Part shown: piece after piece, positions 9,891-18,545 of the stretch
How the letters are laid out: each line of letters opens with the position of its first letter
How positions within the stretch are numbered: position 1 is the first letter of the stretch
DNA from: a virus
IMG/VR virus record: IMGVR_UViG_3300037557_000128
Coordinates: 15,349 to 79,348 of that record
Reading direction: 5' to 3' (one strand)
DNA length: 64,000 nucleotides
Translations under genes and position numbers: made by a program
The notes under the pieces: generated by a model
The model's input: only the letters and a program-made list of their open reading frames with translations
What the model was told of the DNA's origin: nothing
Databases searched by the model: none

Positions 9891-11606
9891 CTATTCTGCG
9901 AGCCTTGAGAAGTTTTTATATTTCTCGAATCGTAATACATTGTTAAATTTGTCATAGAGTGCTTCTCCTTTATGGCTTATAATAAATGCATTAGTCCTTT
10001 CCGTCAAGGTGTTAAGTAATTTTAAGAAATCGTCTGTTCCTGCAACGTCCAGTGAAGAATCGAACACTTCGTCCAGTATCAGTAGGTTAGTGTTAACTGA
10101 GTTCTTCATTCTTGCGATTGCTCTCCATGTAAACAATAGTGATAAATCAATTCTCATTTTCTCACCTTGCGAGAAGTTATCGTATTTAAATACGTCTCTG
10201 AATCTTGACTTGATTGTTTCTTCGAATGATTCATTCAATTCAAATCCGACATAAAACTCTAATTGTGCGAGATACTTGTTAATCATGTTATTCATGACTG
10301 GAACGTATTGTTTAATAATCTTTTGCTTCACGCCTTGGTCTCGTAGGAGTGTACCTGCAATGTCAAAGTAATGTGCTTGGTCTATCAACGATTCCTTTTT
10401 AGATAATAAAATATTTAACTTCTCTTCATTATCAATCATTTTCTCTGAAGTATCACCGTTATCCGTACCTTCTATTTGAAGGTCTTCAATCTCACTCTGA
10501 AGTTTAGTAATATATTTTTGGTTGGATACAACCTCTGTTTGGATTACTCCGATTTGTTTTTGGAGACTTTCGATTGCAGTGGAGACCTCATTGATTCTGG
10601 CAATGCGTTCCTCAGATTTTCCGATTGTGGTAAGTAGTTGTTCGAGTCCTGCAACCAGTTCACCCTTCTTCGCCTGCTTCTCTGCAACATGATTCTTTTT
10701 GTGTGCTTCATCTATACCCTGCTTACAAGTTGGACAATTGTCATGATTTTCGTAGAATTTTATTTCTTCTAAAACTGTTTTCTTTTTACTTTCTAACTGT
10801 TTGTATAAATCTTTTGCTTCTTTGAAACGATTCTCAATCGTGTCTTGGTCTGATATAGTAGACCGTCTTTCTTCTATATCATTGGTCTTTTCATCGACCT
10901 TTCCTATCAATTCTTCTATGTTTGTCTGAGTTTCTTGTATAGATTCTTCGAATTTCTTAATCTTCTTTTCACGGTTTTCTTGAAGTGCAACCATCTGATT
11001 AGACAATCCACTGATTCTCTCTTCCATAATATTTATCTCATGGTTGGTCTCACGGACTTGTTCTTGATGTGTCGATACTCTCTGTCTTAATATATCCTGC
11101 ATGGTGGAAAAGATACTAATATCCAATAAGTCTTCAACCAGTTTCCTTCTGTCTGTAGCTTTTAACTGCATGAATGGAGTAAAGTTTGCACTTCCTAAAA
11201 TCGCAACCTGCGTGAATGAACGATAGTTCATTTTAAGAATATGTTTCTCTAGGTTTTCTTGGTAGTCTCTGACCGTTGCATTCTGATTAAGTAAATCACC
11301 GTCAAGATAGATTTCAAAAATGTTTGGTTTTGCACCACGAATAACTTTGTAGTTTTTTTGACCAACAGAAAATTCTATTTCTACTAATAATGCTTTCTCG
11401 TTTACACTATTAATAAGTAAATCTTTTTTTAGATTCCTAAATCCACGTCCATACAATCCGAAACATAATGCATCGAGTAGTGTGGATTTACCTGCACCAT
11501 TCTCTCCTAGAATCAATGTGGTTTGGTGCGAGTTTAGTTCTATTTCGGTAAAATTATTTCCCGATGATAGTAAGTTTTTCCATCTAATCTTTTCAAAATT
11601 TATCAT
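9891..11606 (-). CDS. gp46: Recombination endonuclease ATPase subunit (Rad50-like)
   Basis: GENGAGKST, CPTC hook, FSQGE signature, LILDEVFD. Confidence 0.95.
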   Translation of the reverse strand: MINFEKIRWKNLLSSGNNFTEIELNSHQTTLILGENGAGKSTLLDALCFGLYGRGFRNLKKDLLINSVNEKALLVEIEFSVGQKNYKVIRGAKPNIFEIYLDGDLLNQNATVRDYQENLEKHILKMNYRSFTQVAILGSANFTPFMQLKATDRRKLVEDLLDISIFSTMQDILRQRVSTHQEQVRETNHEINIMEERISGLSNQMVALQENREKKIKKFEESIQETQTNIEELIGKVDEKTNDIEERRSTISDQDTIENRFKEAKDLYKQLESKKKTVLEEIKFYENHDNCPTCKQGIDEAHKKNHVAEKQAKKGELVAGLEQLLTTIGKSEERIARINEVSTAIESLQKQIGVIQTEVVSNQKYITKLQSEIEDLQIEGTDNGDTSEKMIDNEEKLNILLSKKESLIDQAHYFDIAGTLLRDQGVKQKIIKQYVPVMNNMINKYLAQLEFYVGFELNESFEETIKSRFRDVFKYDNFSQGEKMRIDLSLLFTWRAIARMKNSVNTNLLILDEVFDSSLDVAGTDDFLKLLNTLTERTNAFIISHKGEALYDKFNNVLRFEKYKNFSRLAE

Positions 11607-12670
11607 AAAAAGGAATGTTCTTCTAATGCTTCATGATATAACGAAGTCATTAAATCGTCTAGGGGCTTTTTCTTACCCTGTATTTCTAATCCCTCAACGT
11701 ATTTGGATAGAATAGTTAACGTGTCTTCAATGTCCTCAATATCATCGTCTCCAAAGAAGTCCATATGTTTGTTGTCGTCTACTACTTGTAAATGTAATGG
11801 ATTTTGTGCGTGTACCTTGTCTAGGTATGCATCAAACCAATAAGGGTTGTCCTTATTAATAACAATAACTTTTACAAATTTACCTGCAATTGCAGAATAG
11901 TCTGCCTTCTGTATTTCTTCAAAAGAAGACTCTGTATCGTCATAAAATGCTTTATGAAACATTGTAATTGGATTATGTACTGGTGTAAGTTCTCTTGTCT
12001 CTGTATCAAAGATATGGAAGTATTTGTTGTCTCCAAAATCACCCCAAGTAAATTCCATTTGACTTCCTAAGTATCTAATGTTTCCTAGTTCTGATTTATG
12101 GTGGAAGTGTCCACTTAGAACTTGCTCAAATCGTTTTACATAAGTGTAATCTAATCCATGTGGACAATTAAATCCAGGCATCATCATTGCACCTTCAAAT
12201 TCAAAATGGCCCCAACATTGAGTAGCTTTAGAATTTAGAATAAATTCAACTGAGTCTGCGTAGTTTTCGGGATTAATCCAAGGCACTAGTGTAATTTCAC
12301 AACCGTCATATTCCTTAGTAATAGGTTCTCCAATCACGTTAATATTGTTATCACCAAATAAAAGAAGTTCGGGTGAGTTAACGTCATTTGTATTCTTATA
12401 ATAAGTATCGTGATTACCCAAGATTAAATCCATTTCAATTCCTCTTTCAATCATAGGGTCAATGAAATGTCTCTTGTTTGCTTGTAGTGATGCAAAATTA
12501 ATAAACTTACGTCTATCAAAATAATCACCTAAGTGAACAATTTGTTTTATGTTGTGTTCGTCAAGATATGGAAAAAATACTTCTTCATAAAAACGTCCCA
12601 TGTAATTAGACATTTCCACCATATCGGCACGGACTCCACAATGTGTGTCGTTTAGTATCGCAATCTTCAA
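11603..12670 (-). CDS. gp47: Recombination endonuclease nuclease subunit (Mre11-like)
   Basis: DTH, GDYFD, GNHD, GHFH phosphoesterase motifs. Confidence 0.95.
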   Translation of the reverse strand: MKIAILNDTHCGVRADMVEMSNYMGRFYEEVFFPYLDEHNIKQIVHLGDYFDRRKFINFASLQANKRHFIDPMIERGIEMDLILGNHDTYYKNTNDVNSPELLLFGDNNINVIGEPITKEYDGCEITLVPWINPENYADSVEFILNSKATQCWGHFEFEGAMMMPGFNCPHGLDYTYVKRFEQVLSGHFHHKSELGNIRYLGSQMEFTWGDFGDNKYFHIFDTETRELTPVHNPITMFHKAFYDDTESSFEEIQKADYSAIAGKFVKVIVINKDNPYWFDAYLDKVHAQNPLHLQVVDDNKHMDFFGDDDIEDIEDTLTILSKYVEGLEIQGKKKPLDDLMTSLYHEALEEHSFL

Positions 12671-12672
12671 AA

Positions 12673-13254
12673 TTAAGTTTCTTTTGTTGGTTTAGAAGTC
12701 ATTTGAGCTTCTAAAGTTCCAGTTTTTTTCTTAGTTGTTTTGGGTTTCTTTTTGGTTTTACGGGGTTCGTAATTGACGTGGTTCATATTCTCCTTTAACC
12801 ATTCTACATTAGTATTGGTTAATGCAGGGTCATATTGACCATCAATGGTTTGGAACGATTCTAAGGAAACGTCCGATTCCATTATTGACTTTTGTTTAAT
12901 GAAAACTTGTTTCTTTTCTTTCTGTATCCTTCTTAAGAAAGCATAGTAACATATCTGAGTCACATATGCGAATGCATTTGATGACTTTTCGATATTGAAG
13001 TTTCCAAGATACTGAATGCAGTTTTCAATTGCATCACAAATCATTTCATCTCTATAAGTGTAGTTGATGAAGTTGGGTCTTGTAGATAATCGAGTCGCAA
13101 TTTTATATACGCACTCTCCTATGTACTCTGACATTCTAGGTGGAGAGTTATCTGCTTCTTTTGCCGCTTTAATTTTGTCTACATACTCGGCAACTGCAGC
13201 TGTGAATTCCTTATTATTAACGTAATGTTCAGGTTTCTTCTTTTCTATTTTCAT
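12673..13254 (-). CDS. gp55: Late-transcription sigma factor
   Basis: HYVNNKEF...RPNFINYTYRDEMICDAIENC...NAFAYVTQICYYAFLRRIQKEKKQ. Confidence 0.95.
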   Translation of the reverse strand: MKIEKKKPEHYVNNKEFTAAVAEYVDKIKAAKEADNSPPRMSEYIGECVYKIATRLSTRPNFINYTYRDEMICDAIENCIQYLGNFNIEKSSNAFAYVTQICYYAFLRRIQKEKKQVFIKQKSIMESDVSLESFQTIDGQYDPALTNTNVEWLKENMNHVNYEPRKTKKKPKTTKKKTGTLEAQMTSKPTKET

Positions 13255-13304
13255 GTCTCTATTATACAGGGAATAGGTTGATTCTGTAAGGTGTTTTATA
13301 AATA
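13255..13304. promoter_or_regulatory. gp55 sigma70-type promoter (minus) with divergent late promoter (plus)
   Basis: Minus: CTTACA 13285-13290, 18 nt, TATAAT 13261-13266, 6 nt, ATG. Plus: TATAAATA 13297-13304. Confidence 0.65.
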
Positions 13305-13388
13305 AAAATAAATTTAATTATTTTCAAAAAACCCCTTTTAAAAATTAAAAAAGTATGAGATAATGCTTATGTCCCAAAGGGATAGAGC

Positions 13389-13526
13389 TTATAAAGGGAT
13401 TGATACTACAATATTAGAATCAACATCTCTTCCCCTCGACAACTTGTCTATCATACCAAATAAGAGCAACCCCATACTAATTGTAAGGGTTACTCCTATT
13501 ATATAGTGTTGCTTTTTTAGGGGCAC
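13389..13526 (-). CDS. Small membrane protein, 45 aa (not in ORF track)
   Basis: GTG start, AAGGA upstream; MPLKKQHYIIGVTLTISMGLLLFGMIDKLSRGRDVDSNIVVSIPL. Confidence 0.5.
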   Translation of the reverse strand: MPLKKQHYIIGVTLTISMGLLLFGMIDKLSRGRDVDSNIVVSIPL

Positions 13527-13706
13527 CTAGAATCCTTGATAGGACAGGTACATCACTAAGAATGGTAAGGCAAAAGGAAGAGTCAAGAGTACTAGAAATT
13601 CGATAATGTCGCATATCTTACAAAGGGAATCTTTCTTTGCAATTGAGTCTACGACTTCTCTAGTTTTTCGCACCATGCTCTTCGCAACTAAGATTGCTGT
13701 GGTCAT
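13527..13706 (-). CDS. Small membrane protein, 59 aa (not in ORF track)
   Basis: AGGA RBS; MTTAILVAKSMVRKTREVVDSIAKKDSLCKICDIIEFLVLLTLPFALPFLVMYLSYQGF; late promoter at 13769-13776. Confidence 0.65.
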   Translation of the reverse strand: MTTAILVAKSMVRKTREVVDSIAKKDSLCKICDIIEFLVLLTLPFALPFLVMYLSYQGF

Positions 13707-13788
13707 GGTTTTCCTATAAACGTAATTTATGTTATATCATTCACAATATCAATGAATGATTTCGCATTTATTTAGACAAGTATAAAGT

Positions 13789-14238
13789 CTAGTGAATTAT
13801 TTTTTTCTCGTCATCTTCGACTGAGAGATAGTCAGGGCCAAGACTGTCTTCTTCTAACATTTCAAATTCCTCTTGACTGAGATTGTCCATCATATCATTG
13901 ATTCGTTCTCTAAGAAACTCTTTTGTACCAGGCAGGGTATTGGTAAGAGGAATGTTTCCTTGTTCAACCATACTCAACCACTTTGAAGAAGCCTCATCAT
14001 AAAAAGGGATAAACTGCTCATTCATATTACTGGTGTGCATAACACTTTCCATTCCAATAGTAAGAATGGGGTCTAGTGAGAGTGGCGCATAAGGAATGAA
14101 CGTTGCAAGGGTATTTGTCGCAGTTACTTTAGTTAACTGACATATCATAGGTAAAGTTATTTCAACAGTGTCATTTGAGTATGATACCATTCCACAAAGT
14201 TCTTGACCTGTTTTAAGTTTAATTACTTCGTATTTCAT
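13789..14238 (-). CDS. Conserved hypothetical protein downstream of uvsW (Sm-like N-terminus)
   Basis: VIKLKTGQELCG N-terminus; usual position after uvsW. Confidence 0.7.
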   Translation of the reverse strand: MKYEVIKLKTGQELCGMVSYSNDTVEITLPMICQLTKVTATNTLATFIPYAPLSLDPILTIGMESVMHTSNMNEQFIPFYDEASSKWLSMVEQGNIPLTNTLPGTKEFLRERINDMMDNLSQEEFEMLEEDSLGPDYLSVEDDEKKIIH

Positions 14239-15647
14239 TTTAGTTCGAATTGCTTAATTTCATATGTAAAACCTTCTTCGTTGTATATATTTATACGGTC
14301 TTTACAGTGGTTGAGAGTATAATTCTTACCCCCTATGTCATCAGCAATATCGAACAGTCTCATACTGTCTTTATCTTTCCCCTTTCTAAGTCCTCTACCA
14401 ATAGATTGTAGATTTCTTATTCTAGATTTGGAAGGAGATGCGAAAATAATGTTATCTATTTTCTTAATGTTTACTCCTGTAGAAAAAGTTCCGTATGACG
14501 CTAGTATGACATTATCATTACTCTTTTCTACAATTGTTCTTACATCTTCTCTGTCGGTCACATCAGTACCACCGAAAACGTAGTGTAGTTTGTCTCCTAG
14601 TCTTTTAAACATTTTACCATGCAATACTTCACCATGTTTCTGAACATACTGGAATAGTACAAGTGTGTTTCCTTTTAGACTATACACTAGGTTACATATA
14701 AACTCATTTCTTGCTTCATTACCTACAAGGTAATCCATTTCCTCTTGGTAAGTAGGTAGTTTAATTTTGGGGTGTTTAAGTATTACTATGTCGATATTCA
14801 AGTTTGCAATGGTTCCCTCTTCCATTAACTCTGCAGTTGTGGTAACTTTCTTAACTGGGCCAAACAATCCTTCTAATTGTAATCTATGAACCTCTGTTCC
14901 GTCCAGTGTACCAGTCGTTCCAAATCGCAATGCAGTGTTCTTCATTTTTTCTAGAATACCTTTCAATACATTTGCTTTAAATAAATGTGCTTCATCACCC
15001 ACAACCATGTCGAATGACTCTAATGTTTTCTTAGGTGCTTTTGCAAATGACTGCCATGTTGTAATTGTAATGGGTGCATCGAATACTGGTTGACCATGAT
15101 AGATTTTACAGATAGGTTCTTTGTATCCATAGTCCACAAAATCTTTACTCAACTGTTCTACCAGTGAAGTTGTCGGAACAATGATTACAGTTTTTTTGTT
15201 GTAGTATCTTGCGAGTAGGTATATGATTAATGATTTGCCACTTGCAGTTGGTGAGAGTAATAGTTGTCTCCCATATTGAATCGCAGTATTAAATGCATCT
15301 ATCTGATATTCTCTAGGTTCAAAGGGAAGGTTCAAATCTGCCAACCATGATTGACTGACCTTCTCTCTTTGTTTAGTTCCAAGAATATCTTCGACACCCT
15401 CAAATTCATAACCCCTCTCCCTGCAGAACTCGTCAACATATGGAAGTAATCCAATATAGATTTTGTGTGTTTTAATAGAGAATAGGTATACCTTACCGTC
15501 CCACATTCTATTCTTATAGGAAGGCATAAATTTTGCGTTGGGTACTTTAAAGGAAAAAAACTCAAACAGTTCTTTTGCGAGTCCATCGTCACAATCAACT
15601 TTAAGAAATACTTCGTTTACCTTAGAAACCTTAACAACATCAGACAT
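14235..15647 (-). CDS. uvsW: SF2 DNA helicase UvsW
   Basis: PTASGKS, DEAH, TTGT, QSIGRGLR. Confidence 0.95.
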   Translation of the reverse strand: MSDVVKVSKVNEVFLKVDCDDGLAKELFEFFSFKVPNAKFMPSYKNRMWDGKVYLFSIKTHKIYIGLLPYVDEFCRERGYEFEGVEDILGTKQREKVSQSWLADLNLPFEPREYQIDAFNTAIQYGRQLLLSPTASGKSLIIYLLARYYNKKTVIIVPTTSLVEQLSKDFVDYGYKEPICKIYHGQPVFDAPITITTWQSFAKAPKKTLESFDMVVGDEAHLFKANVLKGILEKMKNTALRFGTTGTLDGTEVHRLQLEGLFGPVKKVTTTAELMEEGTIANLNIDIVILKHPKIKLPTYQEEMDYLVGNEARNEFICNLVYSLKGNTLVLFQYVQKHGEVLHGKMFKRLGDKLHYVFGGTDVTDREDVRTIVEKSNDNVILASYGTFSTGVNIKKIDNIIFASPSKSRIRNLQSIGRGLRKGKDKDSMRLFDIADDIGGKNYTLNHCKDRINIYNEEGFTYEIKQFELK

Positions 15648-16317
15648 AAGGTTTTCCAGTGAACCAGCATACTAAAGATTTTCTTTGTCCTTTCAATACT
15701 GGTGTAACTTGGTGATATAGAAATGAAGGGAATACCACAACACTTCCGATACTTTTTGAAGAAAAGGATAATGTCTGAATTGCATCTTGCATACTAACTT
15801 GTGGATTTGTTCCATGCATTCTATCAAATTGTTGGTTGGGTTCTAACCACTGAAAGTGTCCACCCTCGTAATCGTCTTGGTCTGATAATTGAACCGTCAT
15901 ACTTAATTTTCTATGCATTCCGTTTCCATAAGGAATTGGCCCTGCATCAGTATGCCATGTATAGAAATCTCCTTTCCTATCAGGTTGTTCATTGTAAACA
16001 GTATATTGAGGATTCTCCATATATTCCCATGTATGATTCCACCTACAATCTTGATTTGCCATGTTTATCGCATCATGTAGTTTATTAGTAAGGTGTGCAG
16101 GCATATCTGAGTCAGTAAACCATTTTATTTTAGAAGAACGAATCGACCAATCTTCCGTACCTTCCTCGTTAGGATTAGGACGGTCTGCATCTTGATTATT
16201 GGGAGCTCCAATCTGCCCAGGCATTTCTTGAATTTTATCAGCTGCGTGTATTAAATCGCCTATTTCTTTAACTGAAAAGAAGTTTGGAGCTTGCCAAACG
16301 TAGTTCTCTAATATCAT
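15640..16317 (-). CDS. 2OG-Fe(II) oxygenase (PKHD/P4H-type)
   Basis: FYTWHTD...RKLSMTVQLS...YEGG...FPSFLYHQVTPV...RKSLVCW. Confidence 0.9.
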   Translation of the reverse strand: MILENYVWQAPNFFSVKEIGDLIHAADKIQEMPGQIGAPNNQDADRPNPNEEGTEDWSIRSSKIKWFTDSDMPAHLTNKLHDAINMANQDCRWNHTWEYMENPQYTVYNEQPDRKGDFYTWHTDAGPIPYGNGMHRKLSMTVQLSDQDDYEGGHFQWLEPNQQFDRMHGTNPQVSMQDAIQTLSFSSKSIGSVVVFPSFLYHQVTPVLKGQRKSLVCWFTGKPYV

Positions 16318-16318
16318 T

Positions 16319-16762
16319 TTAGTTACCCGCCATGAACTTTCTCCAATCGATTGTGTTTCTAATCGTTTGGTGTCTCCATGTAATATTTTGCATACATTCC
16401 TTAAGGAAGTCTACTGTTATCTTCAAGTATTCCATTTTTGCGTTTAATTCCTGAAGGTCTTCATCTGCATTAAAGAAATGGTGCATTTCATTCTTCATAA
16501 CCCTTACACCGTCCAGTGCATCAGGTTTCCAACCATATTCTTTTATAGTGTCATCGTCCATTTTACCATTATACCATAACCACTTATCTCTAAGTAGAGT
16601 ATCGTATTTGAGTTGGTATTGTTTTTGAACCATTAACTTACTGGTTAGTAAGTCTAGGTATTTTGCGTGGAGTTTGGGGACTTCAAGTGATGCAGAATCT
16701 AACTCAATATCATCTATTTCACAATCTTTTGCCCATTCAATTTTCAATTCATCTAAGTTCAT
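16319..16762 (-). CDS. uvsY: Recombination mediator UvsY
   Basis: WAKDCEID...PKLHAKYL...YNGK...IRNTIDWRKFMAG; synteny gp3-uvsY-uvsW. Confidence 0.9.
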   Translation of the reverse strand: MNLDELKIEWAKDCEIDDIELDSASLEVPKLHAKYLDLLTSKLMVQKQYQLKYDTLLRDKWLWYNGKMDDDTIKEYGWKPDALDGVRVMKNEMHHFFNADEDLQELNAKMEYLKITVDFLKECMQNITWRHQTIRNTIDWRKFMAGN

Positions 16763-16800
16763 AATATACCATTATACCACAATATAGTAGTATTTATAAG
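16763..16800 (-). promoter_or_regulatory. Overlapping late and sigma70-type promoters for uvsY
   Basis: TATAAATA 16791-16798; CTTATA-18 nt-(TGg)TATAAT 16771-16776. Confidence 0.6.
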
Positions 16801-16805
16801 GGGTT

Positions 16806-17342
16806 TTAGGACTTGGTTTGTATCTCGTAGAAGTTGAATCTGAACTGAACTTCGCAAGTTACAGGTGCAGTTTCTGCCCCTGATTGCAACTCTAAGGAAC
16901 CAAGTGAAATTGGAAATGCATCATAGAATCTGAAGTATCTATTGGGTATATTCTTGTTAGTATTGGTAACAAGTGTAATCTGAGACGTAGTTTTTAGGTC
17001 ATCTCCGTCCATTGCTGACACACCTAGTGTATTCTTTTTACCGCCAGTTAGTCTTTCATAATCAGATGGACTTGCAACTGGAACAATCTGAGTTATCCAA
17101 TCATACATTTCTTGATAGTTTTTTAAGTCTTCGTCCACTAAAAATGATACATTTAGTGTTTCAAACTCTACTTTATCACCATGAAAATATGCATCAACCC
17201 CAATTCCTGCAGGTTGAACCAGTTCCTGAAACGATAAGCCTGGAATGGATACCGTTTGAACGTAGTATTCAACTGTAGGAACCTTGTCTACTAAAAGACG
17301 AAAATTGTTCTTATTGAGTATTGATTTGTTTATTTCAGCCAT
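16806..17342 (-). CDS. gp3: Tail completion / sheath stabiliser
   Basis: FRLLVDKVPTVEYYVQTVSIPG...FLVDEDLKNYQEMYDWI...FYDAFPISLG. Confidence 0.88.
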   Translation of the reverse strand: MAEINKSILNKNNFRLLVDKVPTVEYYVQTVSIPGLSFQELVQPAGIGVDAYFHGDKVEFETLNVSFLVDEDLKNYQEMYDWITQIVPVASPSDYERLTGGKKNTLGVSAMDGDDLKTTSQITLVTNTNKNIPNRYFRFYDAFPISLGSLELQSGAETAPVTCEVQFRFNFYEIQTKS

Positions 17343-17544
17343 TTAGTTTAACAATCCTTTTAGAAGAAGAGGTATCGAAGTAATCATCACCTCGATACTC
17401 TCTCGTAGATGTTTTTTCACAAAGATAACCGTCCATTTCGTATACAGTAATAGTTGTTCTACTAATTACATTAGTTGTTTCTTCACCATTAGGAAAAGTA
17501 TTCTTTTCCCAAGGCCCCTCTAATACTCTAACATTTTTTTCCAT
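17335..17544 (-). CDS. Hypothetical protein
   Basis: 69-aa ORF, GAGG RBS, late promoter at 17563-17570. Confidence 0.7.
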   Translation of the reverse strand: MEKNVRVLEGPWEKNTFPNGEETTNVISRTTITVYEMDGYLCEKTSTREYRGDDYFDTSSSKRIVKLNG

Positions 17545-17570
17545 GATATCCTCGTGTACTACTATTTAGG

Positions 17571-17786
17571 TTACTTCTCTGTTACAAACTCATTTAACTG
17601 TCTTGCAGTTCTGATAACCTCTTCACCAGTAATTTCTCTTAGTGGTAAAGCTTTCTTATCATTAGGGAAGGTATCGTTGTGTGCGAAGATAGCATCAACT
17701 TCTCTTTGGAAGTTTCCTTCAATTATTCCTTGTGCTTGTGAAAGTAAGTCGGCTCTGATTTCGAACCCTGATTTATTATTTGACAT
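17571..17786 (-). CDS. Conserved small hypothetical protein
   Basis: KSGFEIRADLL...EEVIRTARQLNEFV; AGGAG RBS; late promoter at 17831-17838. Confidence 0.75.
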   Translation of the reverse strand: MSNNKSGFEIRADLLSQAQGIIEGNFQREVDAIFAHNDTFPNDKKALPLREITGEEVIRTARQLNEFVTEK

Positions 17787-17859
17787 ATTTTTCTCCTGTG
17801 TGTATGTGTCATGTACTGTATTGTACCTTGTATTTAGTGCAAAAAAAAGTTGAAAAACC

Positions 17860-17897
17860 GCTTGACAGTGGGGTACGTTTTATGTTAAGCTATAAAC
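17860..17897 (+). promoter_or_regulatory. Sigma70-type early promoter (leaderless)
   Basis: TTGACA 17862-17867, 18 nt, TAAGCT 17886-17891, 6 nt, ATG 17898. Confidence 0.85.
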
Positions 17898-18344
17898 ATG
17901 GAAAAACAAACAATAATCTTTGACGTTGATGGAACTATCGCAGATTGCGAACATAGGAGACATTTCGTTGAAACTCAACCAGCAGACTGGAAGTCATTTA
18001 AAGAACATACTGATATGGATACCCCTGTTCAGTGGGTTTGTGACATTGCAAAAAGACACATTGCCATTGGGGATGATGTTGCATTCTTCTCTGCGAGAAA
18101 CGAATCTCAAAGAGAGATTACCGAATCTCAGATTTCTGCGTGGATTGGTGATGGTCACAAAGGTCTTTTTCTTAGACCCGATGGTGATTTCAGACCTGAT
18201 GAAGAGTTTAAATCCGACCTTGCAGAAAAATTCGAAGAGTTCGGTGGAAAAATCGACATTGTCTTTGACGATAGAAACAAGGTTGTTGATATGTGGAGAG
18301 CGAGAGGAACTACTGTTGTTCAAGTCGCTGATGGAGATTTTTAA
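17898..18344 (+). CDS. HAD-family phosphatase (PseT/PNKP 3'-phosphatase-like, stand-alone)
   Basis: FDVDGT, FSAR, FDDR...VVDMWR...QVADGDF. Confidence 0.85.
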   Translation: MEKQTIIFDVDGTIADCEHRRHFVETQPADWKSFKEHTDMDTPVQWVCDIAKRHIAIGDDVAFFSARNESQREITESQISAWIGDGHKGLFLRPDGDFRPDEEFKSDLAEKFEEFGGKIDIVFDDRNKVVDMWRARGTTVVQVADGDF

Positions 18345-18493
18345 AGTTACGTTGAGAGAAACCGAGGCTCGTTACCTTGCCTGAAAAATGGAGTCAAAAA
18401 CAAATAACGATTGTGAGATAGAAGACCTCAACTAGAGACCCCAGTTAACCTGCTGAAGAGTGAGAAGTGACTGGGGTTTCGCTTATCTGAGAC

Positions 18494-18523
18494 AAAAAAA
18501 AAGGTCTCCGAAGAGACCCTTTT
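18494..18523 (-). terminator. Rho-independent terminator of gp23, probably bidirectional
   Basis: GGTCTC-TTCG-GAGACC followed by a T9 run on minus; TTTT on plus. Confidence 0.9.
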
Positions 18524-18545
18524 AAAGTTAGTTAAAACTTTTGAT

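Noticed and set aside
13389-13706. Genome-wide TAG recoding
   Set aside because: Core genes (gp45, gp46, gp13) end normally at TAG and none is interrupted by in-frame stops
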